DNA of 63,325 bases, counting the filler, from Octopus bimaculoides (taxonomy: Eukaryota): NCBI RefSeq assembly GCF_001194135.2. It is 6 parts of 6 records of this genome, joined end to end, with 100 filler letters (N's around TTAATTAATTAA, not from the genome) between each part and the next. Parts side by side here need not be neighbours in the genome. Positions count along the whole stretch, not along the records: positions 28,507 to 56,855 come from NC_068988.1; positions 56,956 to 60,402 come from NW_026322945.1; positions 60,503 to 63,325 come from NC_068992.1; 3 more parts are not named here. One strand, written 5' to 3'. This document shows positions 50,417-61,056 of the stretch, in pieces. Made by a program: the position numbers and the translations under genes. Under the pieces are notes generated by a model. It saw only the letters and a list, made by a program, of their open reading frames with translations. It had not been told where the DNA came from and searched no databases. Each line of letters starts with the position of its first letter. Position 1 is the first letter of the stretch.

Positions 50417-50974
50417 TCTTCTCCTCTCTGTCGCTCGTACGCACGTTTTCTATGCTAATTCGCACACGTACCCAAACTATTCGGCTGCTGAGCGTTAGTA
50501 CCAGTGTACCACCATCTCAACAGAATCGAACCCAAAGCAAGCCCTACACCCATCATACCCCATCCAGCATACCTCATCCACTAAGTTTACTCGACTACTG
50601 CGGCAGATGATGATGATGATGACTACGACGACGATGTTGATAACGAGTCTGAGGGTGACGGCAGTGACGTTCACTATTTGTCTTCTCGGCTGGGCTGTAA
50701 TACAACATATTGCTTATACGTATGTATGTATGTATGTATGTATGTATGTATGTATGTATGCATGTATGCATGCATGTATGTATATATGTGCGTATGTATA
50801 CGTATGCCTGTATGCATGTTTATGTATGTATATGGATGTACGAATGTATGTACTCATATATATATGTATGTATGTACCTATGTATGTATGTATTTATGTA
50901 TGTATGTATTTATGTATGTATGTATGTATGTATGTATGTATGTATCTATCTATCTATCTATGCATGCATAAACT

Positions 50975-51083
50975 TGACTGTGTGGTAAGAACCTTGCTTT
51001 TCAATCACATGATTCCGGTTGAACCTCGGGCTACCAAAGCCTTGCAAGTGGATTTGGTCGACAAAAAGCGAAAGAAGCCCGTC

Positions 51084-51090
<7 letters not shown>
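50975..51090 (+). mobile_element. SINE family A, 5' half (internally deleted); host of the Tc1 and PLE insertions
   Basis: gtgtggtaagaaccttgc..ctcgggctaccaaagccttgcaagtggatttggtcgac..aaagaagcccgtcgtgtg; the 3' half resumes at 53245. Confidence 0.75.
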
Positions 51091-51140
<50 letters not shown>

Positions 51141-51142
<2 letters not shown>

Positions 51143-52361
51143 AGGGTTGGACAAAATAATGGAAACACCTAGCATCATAGCATCATAATTTTGAAATATC
51201 CATAAAATCGTCAAAGCTTGTTTATTTTTATGTTTTTTATTTATTTATTATTAGTGTTGCTTAATATGTTTTACTAAAATTGCTCTTTCTTTTCAGATAT
51301 CATCAGGAAAAGGTAATTAAAATTCATTAAAATGACAGATCTATCGGACTTTCAAAGAGCTCATATTGTTGGTGCTCGTATGGCAAATGCTAGCGTAACG
51401 AAAACAACCGAAATCTTTAGTGTATCAAGAAGTACTGTTTCGAAGGTAATGACCACCTTTGAGAAAGTGGGAAAAACCTCCTCATTGAAACAAAACTCCG
51501 GAAGAAAACGAAAACTTTCAGATAGGGACGGTCGGATCTTACGCGAATTATTAGAAAGGATTAAAAAAGTACAGCTCCCAAAATTACTGCAGAACTTAAT
51601 GACCACCTCGAGAATCTAGTTTCCACAAAGACAGTTCACCGGGAGCTGTACAAAGCCAGATTTCATGGGTGGGCTGCAATCAGAAAATCACTACTTTCAA
51701 AAATAAACGTTGCAAAGCGTTTAGAGTGGAGTAAAAACCCAAGGATTAGTCCCTAGAGCTGTGAAAGAAAGTTATTTTCTCGGACAAGCCATCCTTTATC
51801 TTATTTCCGACCACCTTCTTCCAACTGTTCAACATGGAAGGAGATGTGTAATGATCTGGGAGGCTATATCTTGGAAATCCGCTGGCCCAATAGTTTTCCT
51901 TTATGGCAGAATTAATAGTCAAGACTTATTAATGCATTTTATCTGATCAAATTCATCCTATGGTTGCAGAACTGTTTCCGGAGGGAAACGCAATCCTTCA
52001 GGGTGATAATGCACCAATTCTCAAGCTAAAGTTGTTACTGAATGACACGAGCAACATTCTAGTGAAGTTGAACATCTTATCTGGCCACCACAGTCCCCAG
52101 ACCTCAATATTATTGAACATTTATGGTACATTTTAGCAAAACAAGTAAGGAGTCAATATCCTCTACGATCATCACTACAAGAACTGGAATCTGTTTTAGC
52201 TGAAGAATGGACAAAAATTCCTTTGGAAACAATTCAAACTTTGTACGAGTCCATACCTCGTATAATTCAGGCTGTAATTACTGCCAAAGGCGATCCTACT
52301 CCATATTAAAATAAATTTGTTTGAAAATTTAAGGTGCTTCCATTATTTTGTCCAACTCCTG
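51141..52361 (+). mobile_element. Tc1/mariner transposon, near full length, with ~30-bp TIRs
   Basis: Left TIR caagggttggacaaaataatggaaacacct (51141-51170); right TIR aggtgcttccattattttgtccaactcctg (52332-52361); encloses a transposase pseudogene. Confidence 0.92.
51332..52309 (+). pseudogene. Tc1-family transposase pseudogene (frameshifts, stops, one internal deletion); inferred DD36E spacing
   Basis: MTDLSDFQRAHIVGARMANASVTKT..VSRSTVSKV (paired-like HTH), SGRKRKLS, VIFSD, LLPTVQHG, MIWEAISW, QGDNAP, WPPQSPDLNIIEHLW, AKGDPTPY*. Confidence 0.9.
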
Positions 52362-53165
52362 CCCTTACCTCTCCAACTCCACCCTCCTCACAGGCACCCA
52401 TCATCGACCCTATCATATCACTGACTCTGTCACCTGCGCTTCTAGCAACGTCATCTACTGCATCTCCTGCTCTCTCTCTGTCCTTCTCTATACATCGGTC
52501 AAACAGGAGAGCGCTTGGCTGACCAGTTCGCGGAATAATTCCGAGACATCAGACTTGGCAACAACACCCCGGTCTCGCGTCATTTCCGCTCTACCGGTCA
52601 TTCTTTACAACACCTGTCTGTGTTCGGATTGTCCTTGCACAGGGGCCATCCGGAACCCCGTCTTCGCCGTGGACAGGGATAAATCTTTTCTCTTCGCTTC
52701 TTTGCACCATATGGGCTCAACTCTCCTCCCCTCTTCATCTAACCCTTCTCCTCTCTCCTCTCTTGCTCTCACACCTACTTCCTTCCACCCATCTCTCCTC
52801 TCTTGCTCTGACGCCTACTTCCTCTCTTCACTCCTACCCACCTTTTCCCTTCCCCCTCTACTTTCATTGTCACACCTCCCTCATTACCTCACCCCAACAC
52901 ATTCCAACACCACCTTCCCTATACATCTCACCCCATCCTTTACACCCCACTCCCACGCGCACCATGGTTTTGGGATCGCCACTACTTTATTATCTCCCTT
53001 TCTTCCTAGCTCTCTTGTGTGACCCTCTGTTTATTTCTCTGTTCCTTTCTGCTGAAGGCTCGAACCGTTAAAGATTTTCTCACTTCCCGAGCGTTAAACT
53101 AATACATCTGCTTGTTGTTTACACACCCGTCTTCGTCTCTTGTTTTTTTGTAATTTCTCCCTATA
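52362..53165 (+). mobile_element. 5'-truncated Penelope-like element (GIY-YIG, 3'UTR and terminal repeat)
   Basis: CPYLSNST..YHITDSVTCASSNVIYCISC / YIGQTGERLADQFAE*FRDIRLGNNTPVSRHFRSTGHS...FAPYGLN; ends with the family-1 terminal repeat and (TA)n. Confidence 0.85.
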
Positions 53166-53186
53166 TATATATGTACAGATTGATAG

Positions 53187-53219
<33 letters not shown>

Positions 53220-53244
53220 TATGTGTGTGTCTGTGTATATGTCA

Positions 53245-53410
53245 ATAACCGGTGTTGGTTTGTTTACGTCCCTGTAATTTAGCGGTTCGGATAAGAGAAC
53301 AACAGAACAAGTTCTTCAAAATAAGGACTGGGATCGATTTATTCCACTACAACCCTTGAAGGCACTGCCCCACCATGGCCACAGTTCAATAACTAAGACA
53401 AAAGATAATA
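53245..53410 (+). mobile_element. SINE family A, 3' half
   Basis: accggtgttggtttgtttacgtccctgtaatttagcggttcgg..gggatcgattt..catggccacagttcaat. Confidence 0.75.
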
Positions 53411-53429
53411 GATACATGTGCATGTGTGT

Positions 53430-53481
<52 letters not shown>

Positions 53482-53989
53482 ATGTGTGTGTGTATGTATG
53501 TATGTATGTATTTACATCATTATTTAGTTTCATTTCAAGATTTCTTGCCATTTGAGAAAGAGCCGGTTTCTAATCTAGATCTAGTGCTCTTTTATTGGAA
53601 TTTCAACATCAACAGAGTATGTATGTTTGTATGTATGTATGTATGTATGTATGTATGTATGTATGTACGTATGTGTCTATGTATGTATATATGTATGTAT
53701 GCATGTATGTATGTATGTATGTATGTATGTATGTATGTACGTACGCGTCTATGTATGTATGTATGCATCTTTATTACATATTTCTCTCGTTTCCTTCTTG
53801 GTACAACAATTATGACACGGCAATGTAATGTAAGTGAAAGCAGCTCAGGACACAGCAATGTTAAACATCTAAGACATATCTACTTATGTAGTACAGGAAA
53901 CACAGTATTAGTTGATAACTAAGATTAAATTTTACGCTGCTTGGAGCAGCGAATAACTATTTTTTCCTCGGTAACTTTCTTCGAAGTGT

Positions 53990-54162
53990 AGCATATTTGT
54001 AACTTAGATTCCTTCCCAACCAGTTGCTCTTGAGTTCAGTCCCACTGCACGGCACCTTGGGCAAAGGTCTCCTACTATAGCCCCGGGGCTAACCAAAGCC
54101 ATATGAGTGGATTTGGTAGACGGAAACTGAAAGAAGTCCGTCGTGTACCTACTCGCACGCCC

Positions 54163-54194
<32 letters not shown>

Positions 54195-54450
54195 GTGTGT
54201 GCGTGTGTGTGAGTGAGTGAGTAAGTGTGTATGCGTGTGTATTTGTGTTTGTTCCCCACCATCGCTTGACAATCAGTGTTGCTTTGTTTACGTCCCCATA
54301 ACATAGTTGTTTGGCAAAAGAAACCGATGGAATTAAGTACCAGGTTTAAAAAAATATATCATTATTGGAGTGGTGATATGTTCGAGGAAACACTTCAATG
54401 CATTGCCTCGGCATGGCCGCAGTTCAATGACTGAAACAGGTTTAAAGATG
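53990..54450 (+). mobile_element. SINE family A, full length
   Basis: gagttcagtcccactgcacggcaccttgggcaa..; central (TG)n; ..ccatcgcttgacaatc..catggccgcagttcaatgactgaaac. Partial copies also at about 55170-55330 and 56620-56740. Confidence 0.85.
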
Positions 54451-56813
54451 TGATTAGCGAACATATCGATAAATAGTATATTACAATCGTACTTTTTTTC
54501 TTTTTGGCGTTGAAGAAAAGAGATATACTAACAGATCAACTTTCTTTTAGTTATCCTCTGATGAGACAGTTATGTAGAGTAAAAGATTTTTTTTATGTAT
54601 ACAAAATTCATTAGTTAAGTGTGTCCCCATATTCAGTCAAACACATACACTATTGGTCGATGATTAATATATTTTCCGTCTAGAAATTAATGAAGATAAT
54701 TCCCTCGTGAATTATTTCGCCGTGCGTTCTCTCTGTCTCTCTCTGTAACTAATTGATATATTAGCAAGTAAATCGCTTAGAAAGTAGAAAAAATTGTTTT
54801 TTTTGATGAACGAGAGCTAGAAATATTGGTAGATATTCAGACAGTATTAGCTGAGGATATGCAAAGATTTACGTATCTTTGACACTATTTTTCACTTTTT
54901 TTTTCTGAACGTCTGCATGCAATTTTTTAAAGGGATGTAAATATGTGATTGTCACTAAATGCAACTAAGTGTATCAAGAGACCTACATTGCTAGAAATAA
55001 GAGCTAAAATGCTCTAATGCTGTAGTAAAAACATATAATTCTAAACATATATACTCACAAGGGCTGCAATCGCCCAAAAACACCGACTCGAGAATTCGCT
55101 AGACTGAACGTTCAGTTTCGACTATTCTCGTATGTGTGTGTGTGTGTGTTTCTATGTGTGTATTACTGTGTTTACCTTACCTCCTGTAACTTAGCGTTTT
55201 GGCGTAAAAAACCGATAGAATAGGTAGCAGGCTTTAAAAAAATAAGCTCTGGGATCAATTCGTTCCACTAAAATTCTTCAAGGTGGTGCTCCTGTATGGC
55301 CGCAGTCTAAGGACTGAAACTAGAAAAAAAAAATAGATATACATGTTGTAACACATACATGCGTGTGTTGTGTGTGTGTTTTTGTTTTCGTGTCACCACT
55401 TCACGTCGTCTTGGCTTAACAGCCCTCACCGTTTGTTTTTACTGTCTTGTTNNNNNNNNNNCGTCGTCTTGGCTTAACAGCCCTCACCGTTTGTTTTTAC
55501 TGTCTTGTTCTCACTGTCCTGTTTTTGTTACCACTTTCACCCTCCGCAAAAAATCCCAAATTTTATTTAATTTGCTTTGCGGGAAGGAGTGTTTTAACGA
55601 GGTCGCGTCTAGTCCTTACCTTCAAAACGCCGAGTAGATAAAACAGGGGACAACTGATGAAGGGACTGCTCTTTACGTTGCCTGTCTCGTTTCTCTGTTT
55701 GTTTGTTTTCTTCGTTGTTCAAAAAAAGTTCGTTTTCTGTTTCTGCTTTTATGTTCTCGTTTCTCATTCTGTCTACGTTTTCTGGATGTCCTGTACCCAT
55801 ATATGCATGTATATATACATATATATGTAGGTATGTACATATATGTATGTATATATATGCATATATTTATATATTATTTATATTGCATATATACACATAT
55901 ATCTTTGTTTGCATTTGTGTATGCATGTGTCTCTGTGTCTCTGTGTGTATGTGTGTGTGCGTGAGTGTGTATGTCAATATATATATATAGTTTTATATAT
56001 ATGTCTGTGTTTTTGTGTATGGGTGTGCGGGTGTGTGTGTGCATGTGTTTGTGTGTTTGTGTGTGTCTGTGTATGTGTACGTGTGTGCGTGCTTGTGTGT
56101 GTATGCATGTGTGTGTGCGAGTGTGTGTGTGTCTCTATATACACACATACATATATACATATACATATCTTTGTGTGTATCTGTGTATGTGCACGCGCGT
56201 TTGTGTGTGGTCGTGCATGTGTGTGCGTGTATTCGTTTACGTTTCTCTTGCTGAGCGAAGCCTATGTATGTGTGTGGTCTGTGTGATCTAAAATAGTTTT
56301 ACTACACTTTAACAAATTAATCTTTTGCTTGACAGTAAAGTGTGAATAACACACACAAACAAAAAAAAATGTGTAAAGAAAAAGTAACACTATACGAGAG
56401 TGTCATACTAGATTCTACTCTGGAATCAGAAAGGGAAAAAAACTAAATGAAAAAATATATTCCTGAATTTTCCATCTCTGTTTATCATCATTATATTGGT
56501 GGTGATATTGGTGGTGATGGTGGTGGTGATGGTGGTGGTCGTCGTCGTTAACGCCATGTTTACAGACACCAGTTTTACGAGAGTAACTACAAAATAACAA
56601 GCAATCATGGTTCCGCGTTCTGTACCCACTGTGCGGCACCTTGGGCAAATGTCTTCTACAATGACCCCGGGGGCTAACCAGGCCTTTGTGAATAGTTCCA
56701 GTAGACCGAAACTGAAAGATGCATGCTGTATCTGTCTGTTTGCCGGCCTGTCTGCTTGTCTGCCTGTCTGCCTGCTTGTCTATCAGTCTCTGTCTGTCTG
56801 TCTCTCTTTCCCT

Positions 56814-56855
<42 letters not shown>

Positions 56856-56955
56856 NNNNNNNNNNNNNNNNNNNNNNNNNNNNNNNNNNNNNNNNNNNNT
56901 TAATTAATTAANNNNNNNNNNNNNNNNNNNNNNNNNNNNNNNNNNNNNNNNNNNN

Positions 56956-59330
56956 GCGTACATTGTCTCGTAATAAGCCATACGATTTCACCGTTTTGTC
57001 CACAGATTCTACACTTAACACTTTCTGATGTGCTGACTATTCTGCATTATATGTAGCGTGTTCTTAGTGCTTGCACTTGGTTAGCACAGATTAGAGCCTC
57101 CCTTTCCGCTTTTAAATCACTTTTAGTCATCCACAGCCATCTTTTTTCTCTGTCTTATCTTCAACATCCCTATGAAACTGACCATGCATTCTTTTCTTGA
57201 CCCACCTATTTTCAGTTTCGTTCGTTTTCAATTTCTTGCACATTGCTTTATCTTTGCAATCTTTCATCCTACACAAGCCTGACCTCCTTACCTCTAGTAA
57301 TAGCGGTTCTGTGGCATTTTTACACACAATGTTATATGTTGTTTTCTTCTGCTCTAATGCTGTATTCGCATCCAATAAGTCCTCTTCCCCCTCTTTTTCT
57401 TGTCTGTGTCACTTTCTGGGTGGAGTGTCCCATATCTAGTTGGCAACTTCTTTGTCTTTCTTTCTAAGCTATTTGGTTCGTCTGCCGTCCATGCGATAAC
57501 CCCTGCTCCATAACTAAGGAGTGAAACCGCCCAGCTGTTGATTGCTTTAATCTTATTCTGTTTGTTTAATTTCGATTTAAGGATCATTCTCAATCTGCGC
57601 AAAAACTCCACCTTAAATTTGTGTGTCATTTCTTTCTCCATCAATTTCCCAATTTTCAAAATACCTATCGCTCGCCTCTTTTATATGCTTCATAATCTTC
57701 CCTGGCGGTATTGTTAGTCCGTCCATACATTTGACTTTACCTCTCTTCAAGACTAACACGCCACACTTTCTCAGTCTGAACTCCGTTCTGATATCAGCGC
57801 TGAAAGTATACAGCGTATCAACGAGGGAACTCACTTGGGTTTCATATTTACCACAAAGTTTGAGGTCATCCATGAATAACAGATGGTTGTCTTTTTGTTG
57901 GCAACTGTTGAATACATATCCAGCTTTTGCTTTCCTCAGGATCAGTGTTAGTGGTATCAAGCAGAGTACAAAGATCAGCGGGGAGAGGCAATTCCCTTGG
58001 AAGATGCTTCTCCTAATTTCTACTTTCCCTAAACTTCTTCCGTATGCTATCAGGTCCGTCCTCTAACAAGCTATACTTTTTCCAAGCAATCGCTCAACAT
58101 TTGATGCAATACCAAATAGGTTGATACAGTCCATAATCCAAGAATGTGGGATCATATCGTACGCCTTACGATAGTCCATCCATGACATGGCTAATTTAGT
58201 TTTCTTTTTCTTGCAGTGTCTAAGTACAGTTTTGTCTATCAGGAGTTGATCTTTGCTTCATCTGCACTTACATTTGCAACCCTTCTGGAAATGTAGCAGG
58301 ACTCCATTTTTCTCAATGTTCGTACATTGACTCTGTGAGTATTTGAGTCAATAACTTCCACATAAATGGCAAACAGGTTATCGACCTGTAATTGTCTACC
58401 GTATTGCCTTTTTCCGATGTTTTTCAAGCGCAGAACAGGCCTACGCAATGTGAACCACTCTGGTGTTACTTGGTCGGCATTCAACAAGGTGTTGAGTTGC
58501 GCAGCTATTCGTGCATGACATTCACCGATTCTTTTGATCAAGAAGCCTTGACTCCATCTGGTCCCGGGGCAATTGCTCATTCTTTTGCCCATTTCATTCA
58601 CTTCTCTAAATGAAATGATAAGTTCTGTCTGTTTTGGACAGACTACTGTTTGTTTCAGTTCATGCAACCATTCAGTATCTTTGACTTTGCCCCAAATCTC
58701 ACTGCAGAACCTTCGACTTTCATTATTATCTGGCATCAACATTTCATCTATATACTCTCCATTTAGTTCTTTATAGAATCATTTCTGATCTACTCTGAAT
58801 AATCTATTCTGGTAGTAACTCATCATTCTTTGGTCGTATCTTACCATCTCTTCTTTCTTTGCAACGAGGCGTTGTTTCAGTTCCTCCATTACCACTTTCA
58901 GGCACTTTCTTTCAGTATTATACTTCCTTCTCATCACCCTGTATTTTTGTTCACTCTTATGCTCCTCTTTTTCTTTTCGGTCTAACAGACAGATTCTCTT
59001 CGAGAACATGTCTAACTCTGCCTGTATTCTTCTTTTCCACCATGGATCTTTTCTTTTGTCACTTCCATTATGTTTCTTTTTCTTGACATCAACACTCACA
59101 TTTCCTGCTACAGCAATACTTGCTACCTTGATCAAAATATTTGTTTCTGTGATGTTGCTTAATCTGATGTATTTCAGAATTTCATTGACATTTTTCGTTT
59201 CTTGATTCAATTTCCATCGATCAACCATTTTAAGGCTGCAAATAATGTCGCTATCGTTTTCCTGTAGTCTTGCCTTTATTCCGTCGTAGATTGTCTTTTT
59301 TTCATCTGTCATATTGTCATTACTTATATT
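56956..59330 (-). mobile_element. Decayed R4/Dong-type (RLE) non-LTR retrotransposon body (N-terminal region, RT, CCHC knuckle)
   Basis: NITETNILI, PWWKRRI, YQNRLFRVDQK, RRFCSEIW, IPLTLIL..HLLFMDDLKL (RT catalytic motif), NKIKAINSWAVSLLSYGAGVIAW, MHGQFHRD, EALICA.Q.QALRT..KCRICG; many frameshifts; runs into a gap. Confidence 0.88.
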
Positions 59331-59339
59331 GTTAGATCA

Positions 59340-60060
59340 TCTATATGTGTCTCATCTAGTAAACTACCACTGCTCCTTTCCTGGGCTGTCGATATCCAGA
59401 AAGGGACCACCACACACGGCGAAGATGGAACAAGCAGACAGATGCAGTGGTCATGGAGTGTTTCTACCTGAGCAGCCCGGTAGATAAGAATGGTGCTCAA
59501 ATTAGGGGTTACTGACGACGTATCTATGATCATTGGGGAGAAAAGGGATTGCTTCAACATAACGGANNNNNNNNNNTCTTGATTCAATTTCCATCGATCA
59601 ACCATTTTAAGGCTGCAAATAATGTCGCTATCGTTTTCCTGTAGTCTTGCCTTTATTCCGTCGTAGATTGTCTTTTTTTCATCTGTCATATTGTCATTAC
59701 TTATATTGTTAGATCATCTATATGTGTCTCATCTAGTAAACTACCACTGCTCCTTTCCTGGGCTGTCGATATCCAGAAAGGGACCACCACACACGGCGAA
59801 GATGGAACAAGCAGACAGATGCAGTGGTCATGGAGTGTTTCTACCTGAGCAGCCCGGTAGATAAGAATGGTGCTCAAATTAGGGGTTACTGACGACGTAT
59901 CTATGATCATTGGGGAGAAAAGGGATTGCTTCAACATAACGGAAGAGAGACTGTGACCAAGCACGAGCAATAAGAAAAAAATAGTTGGTTCACAGAGGTA
60001 GAGCACGAATCTATGAATAGACGGGTCTTGGAAAATAGCAGCAGAGATAACGATGAAAAT
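59340..60060 (+). mobile_element. Inverted N-terminal segment of an R4/Dong ORF
   Basis: Plus strand reads RRRWNKQTDAVVMECFYLSSP..IRGY*RRIYDHW / FNITEERL / CDQARAIRKNSWFTEVE, in opposite orientation to the element body. Partly duplicated by an assembly overlap. Confidence 0.7.
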
Positions 60061-60062
60061 CA

Positions 60063-60096
<34 letters not shown>

Positions 60097-60100
<4 letters not shown>

Positions 60101-60402
60101 TAGTTTTATTTTTATAACGTGCTTTCACTTCACTACCGAGCGCAGCTCTGTGCGCCTTGGGTATGTGCTGTGGTTTGCTGTGGTGCTCTTATGTTTACTG
60201 TATTGAAAGTGTTTTGCGTAGAATGTGTGCAGTACCCAGTAGTGCAATTTTCTGTATGTTATATATATTTGTAAGTCCTGGTGTTTTTGTTATGTATTTG
60301 TCTGAATATTTTTTTATTATACCTAAGGCACCTACTATGATAGGAATTGTTTCTGTTTTTAGATTCCACATTCGAGTTATCTCTATTTCCAGGTCTTTGT
60401 AT
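60097..60402 (-). mobile_element. Young R4/Dong-type 3' end with (TAA)n tail
   Basis: By eye identical to the reverse complement of about 30117-30422; truncated by a gap. Confidence 0.9.
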
Positions 60403-60502
60403 NNNNNNNNNNNNNNNNNNNNNNNNNNNNNNNNNNNNNNNNNNNNTTAATTAATTAANNNNNNNNNNNNNNNNNNNNNNNNNNNNNNNNNNNNNNNNNN
60501 NN

Positions 60503-60606
60503 AAGGCTCGAAACCTAAAAGATTTTCTCACTTCCCGAACGTTAAACTAATACGTCTGTTTACACACCCGTCTTCGTCTTATGTTTCTTTTTTGTAAATT
60601 CTCACC

Positions 60607-60610
<4 letters not shown>
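60503..60610 (+). mobile_element. Penelope-like terminal-repeat fragment (family 1)
   Basis: aaggctcgaaacctaaaagattttctcacttcccgaacgttaaactaatac..tttacacacccgtcttcg..aattctcac + (TA)n. Confidence 0.7.
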
Positions 60611-60661
<51 letters not shown>

Positions 60662-61008
60662 CACACACACACGCACACACACACACACACACATATAATT
60701 GACAGAATGAGATAAAAAGTCGAAGGCTGTGAATAGATTTTAGAACATTTGTAACGAGGTCTTACAGCTGTTTCCGGGATAAAGACCTTCTCTTTATAGA
60801 TGTTCTGATAACTATTCACAGTCTTGGATTTTTTTTTATCTCATTCTGTCAATTATTATATATATGCATGCTAGTATATGACCCACGCTGGACTCTTCAT
60901 TCTTATCATTATCGAATCTAGAGCTTAACTATGGTCTGTCCATAGCACTTATTTAGCGTTACCTGACGACTTTGGGTCTTCTTGACACCAATACCTCTCA
61001 TATCCTCG

Positions 61009-61056
<48 letters not shown>

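Noticed and set aside
55404-55509. 48-bp direct repeat around a 10-N gap
   Set aside because: Same overlap artefact.
47990-55700. caactgatgaaggg motifs at about 47995 and 55663 as further hammerheads
   Set aside because: CTGATGA is present but no stem II followed by GAAA can be folded downstream. They are probably another repeat family's terminus and I cannot support a ribozyme call.
59200-59943. 367-bp perfect tandem duplication (59200-59566 and 59577-59943) giving twin ORFs
   Set aside because: Copies are separated by exactly 10 Ns and appear identical; typical unmerged contig overlap.
13310-60458. Five identical TTAATTAATTAA islands inside N gaps (13310, 22423, 28451, 56900, 60447)
   Set aside because: Palindromic six-frame-stop linker always flanked by Ns; an assembly spacer, not biological sequence.
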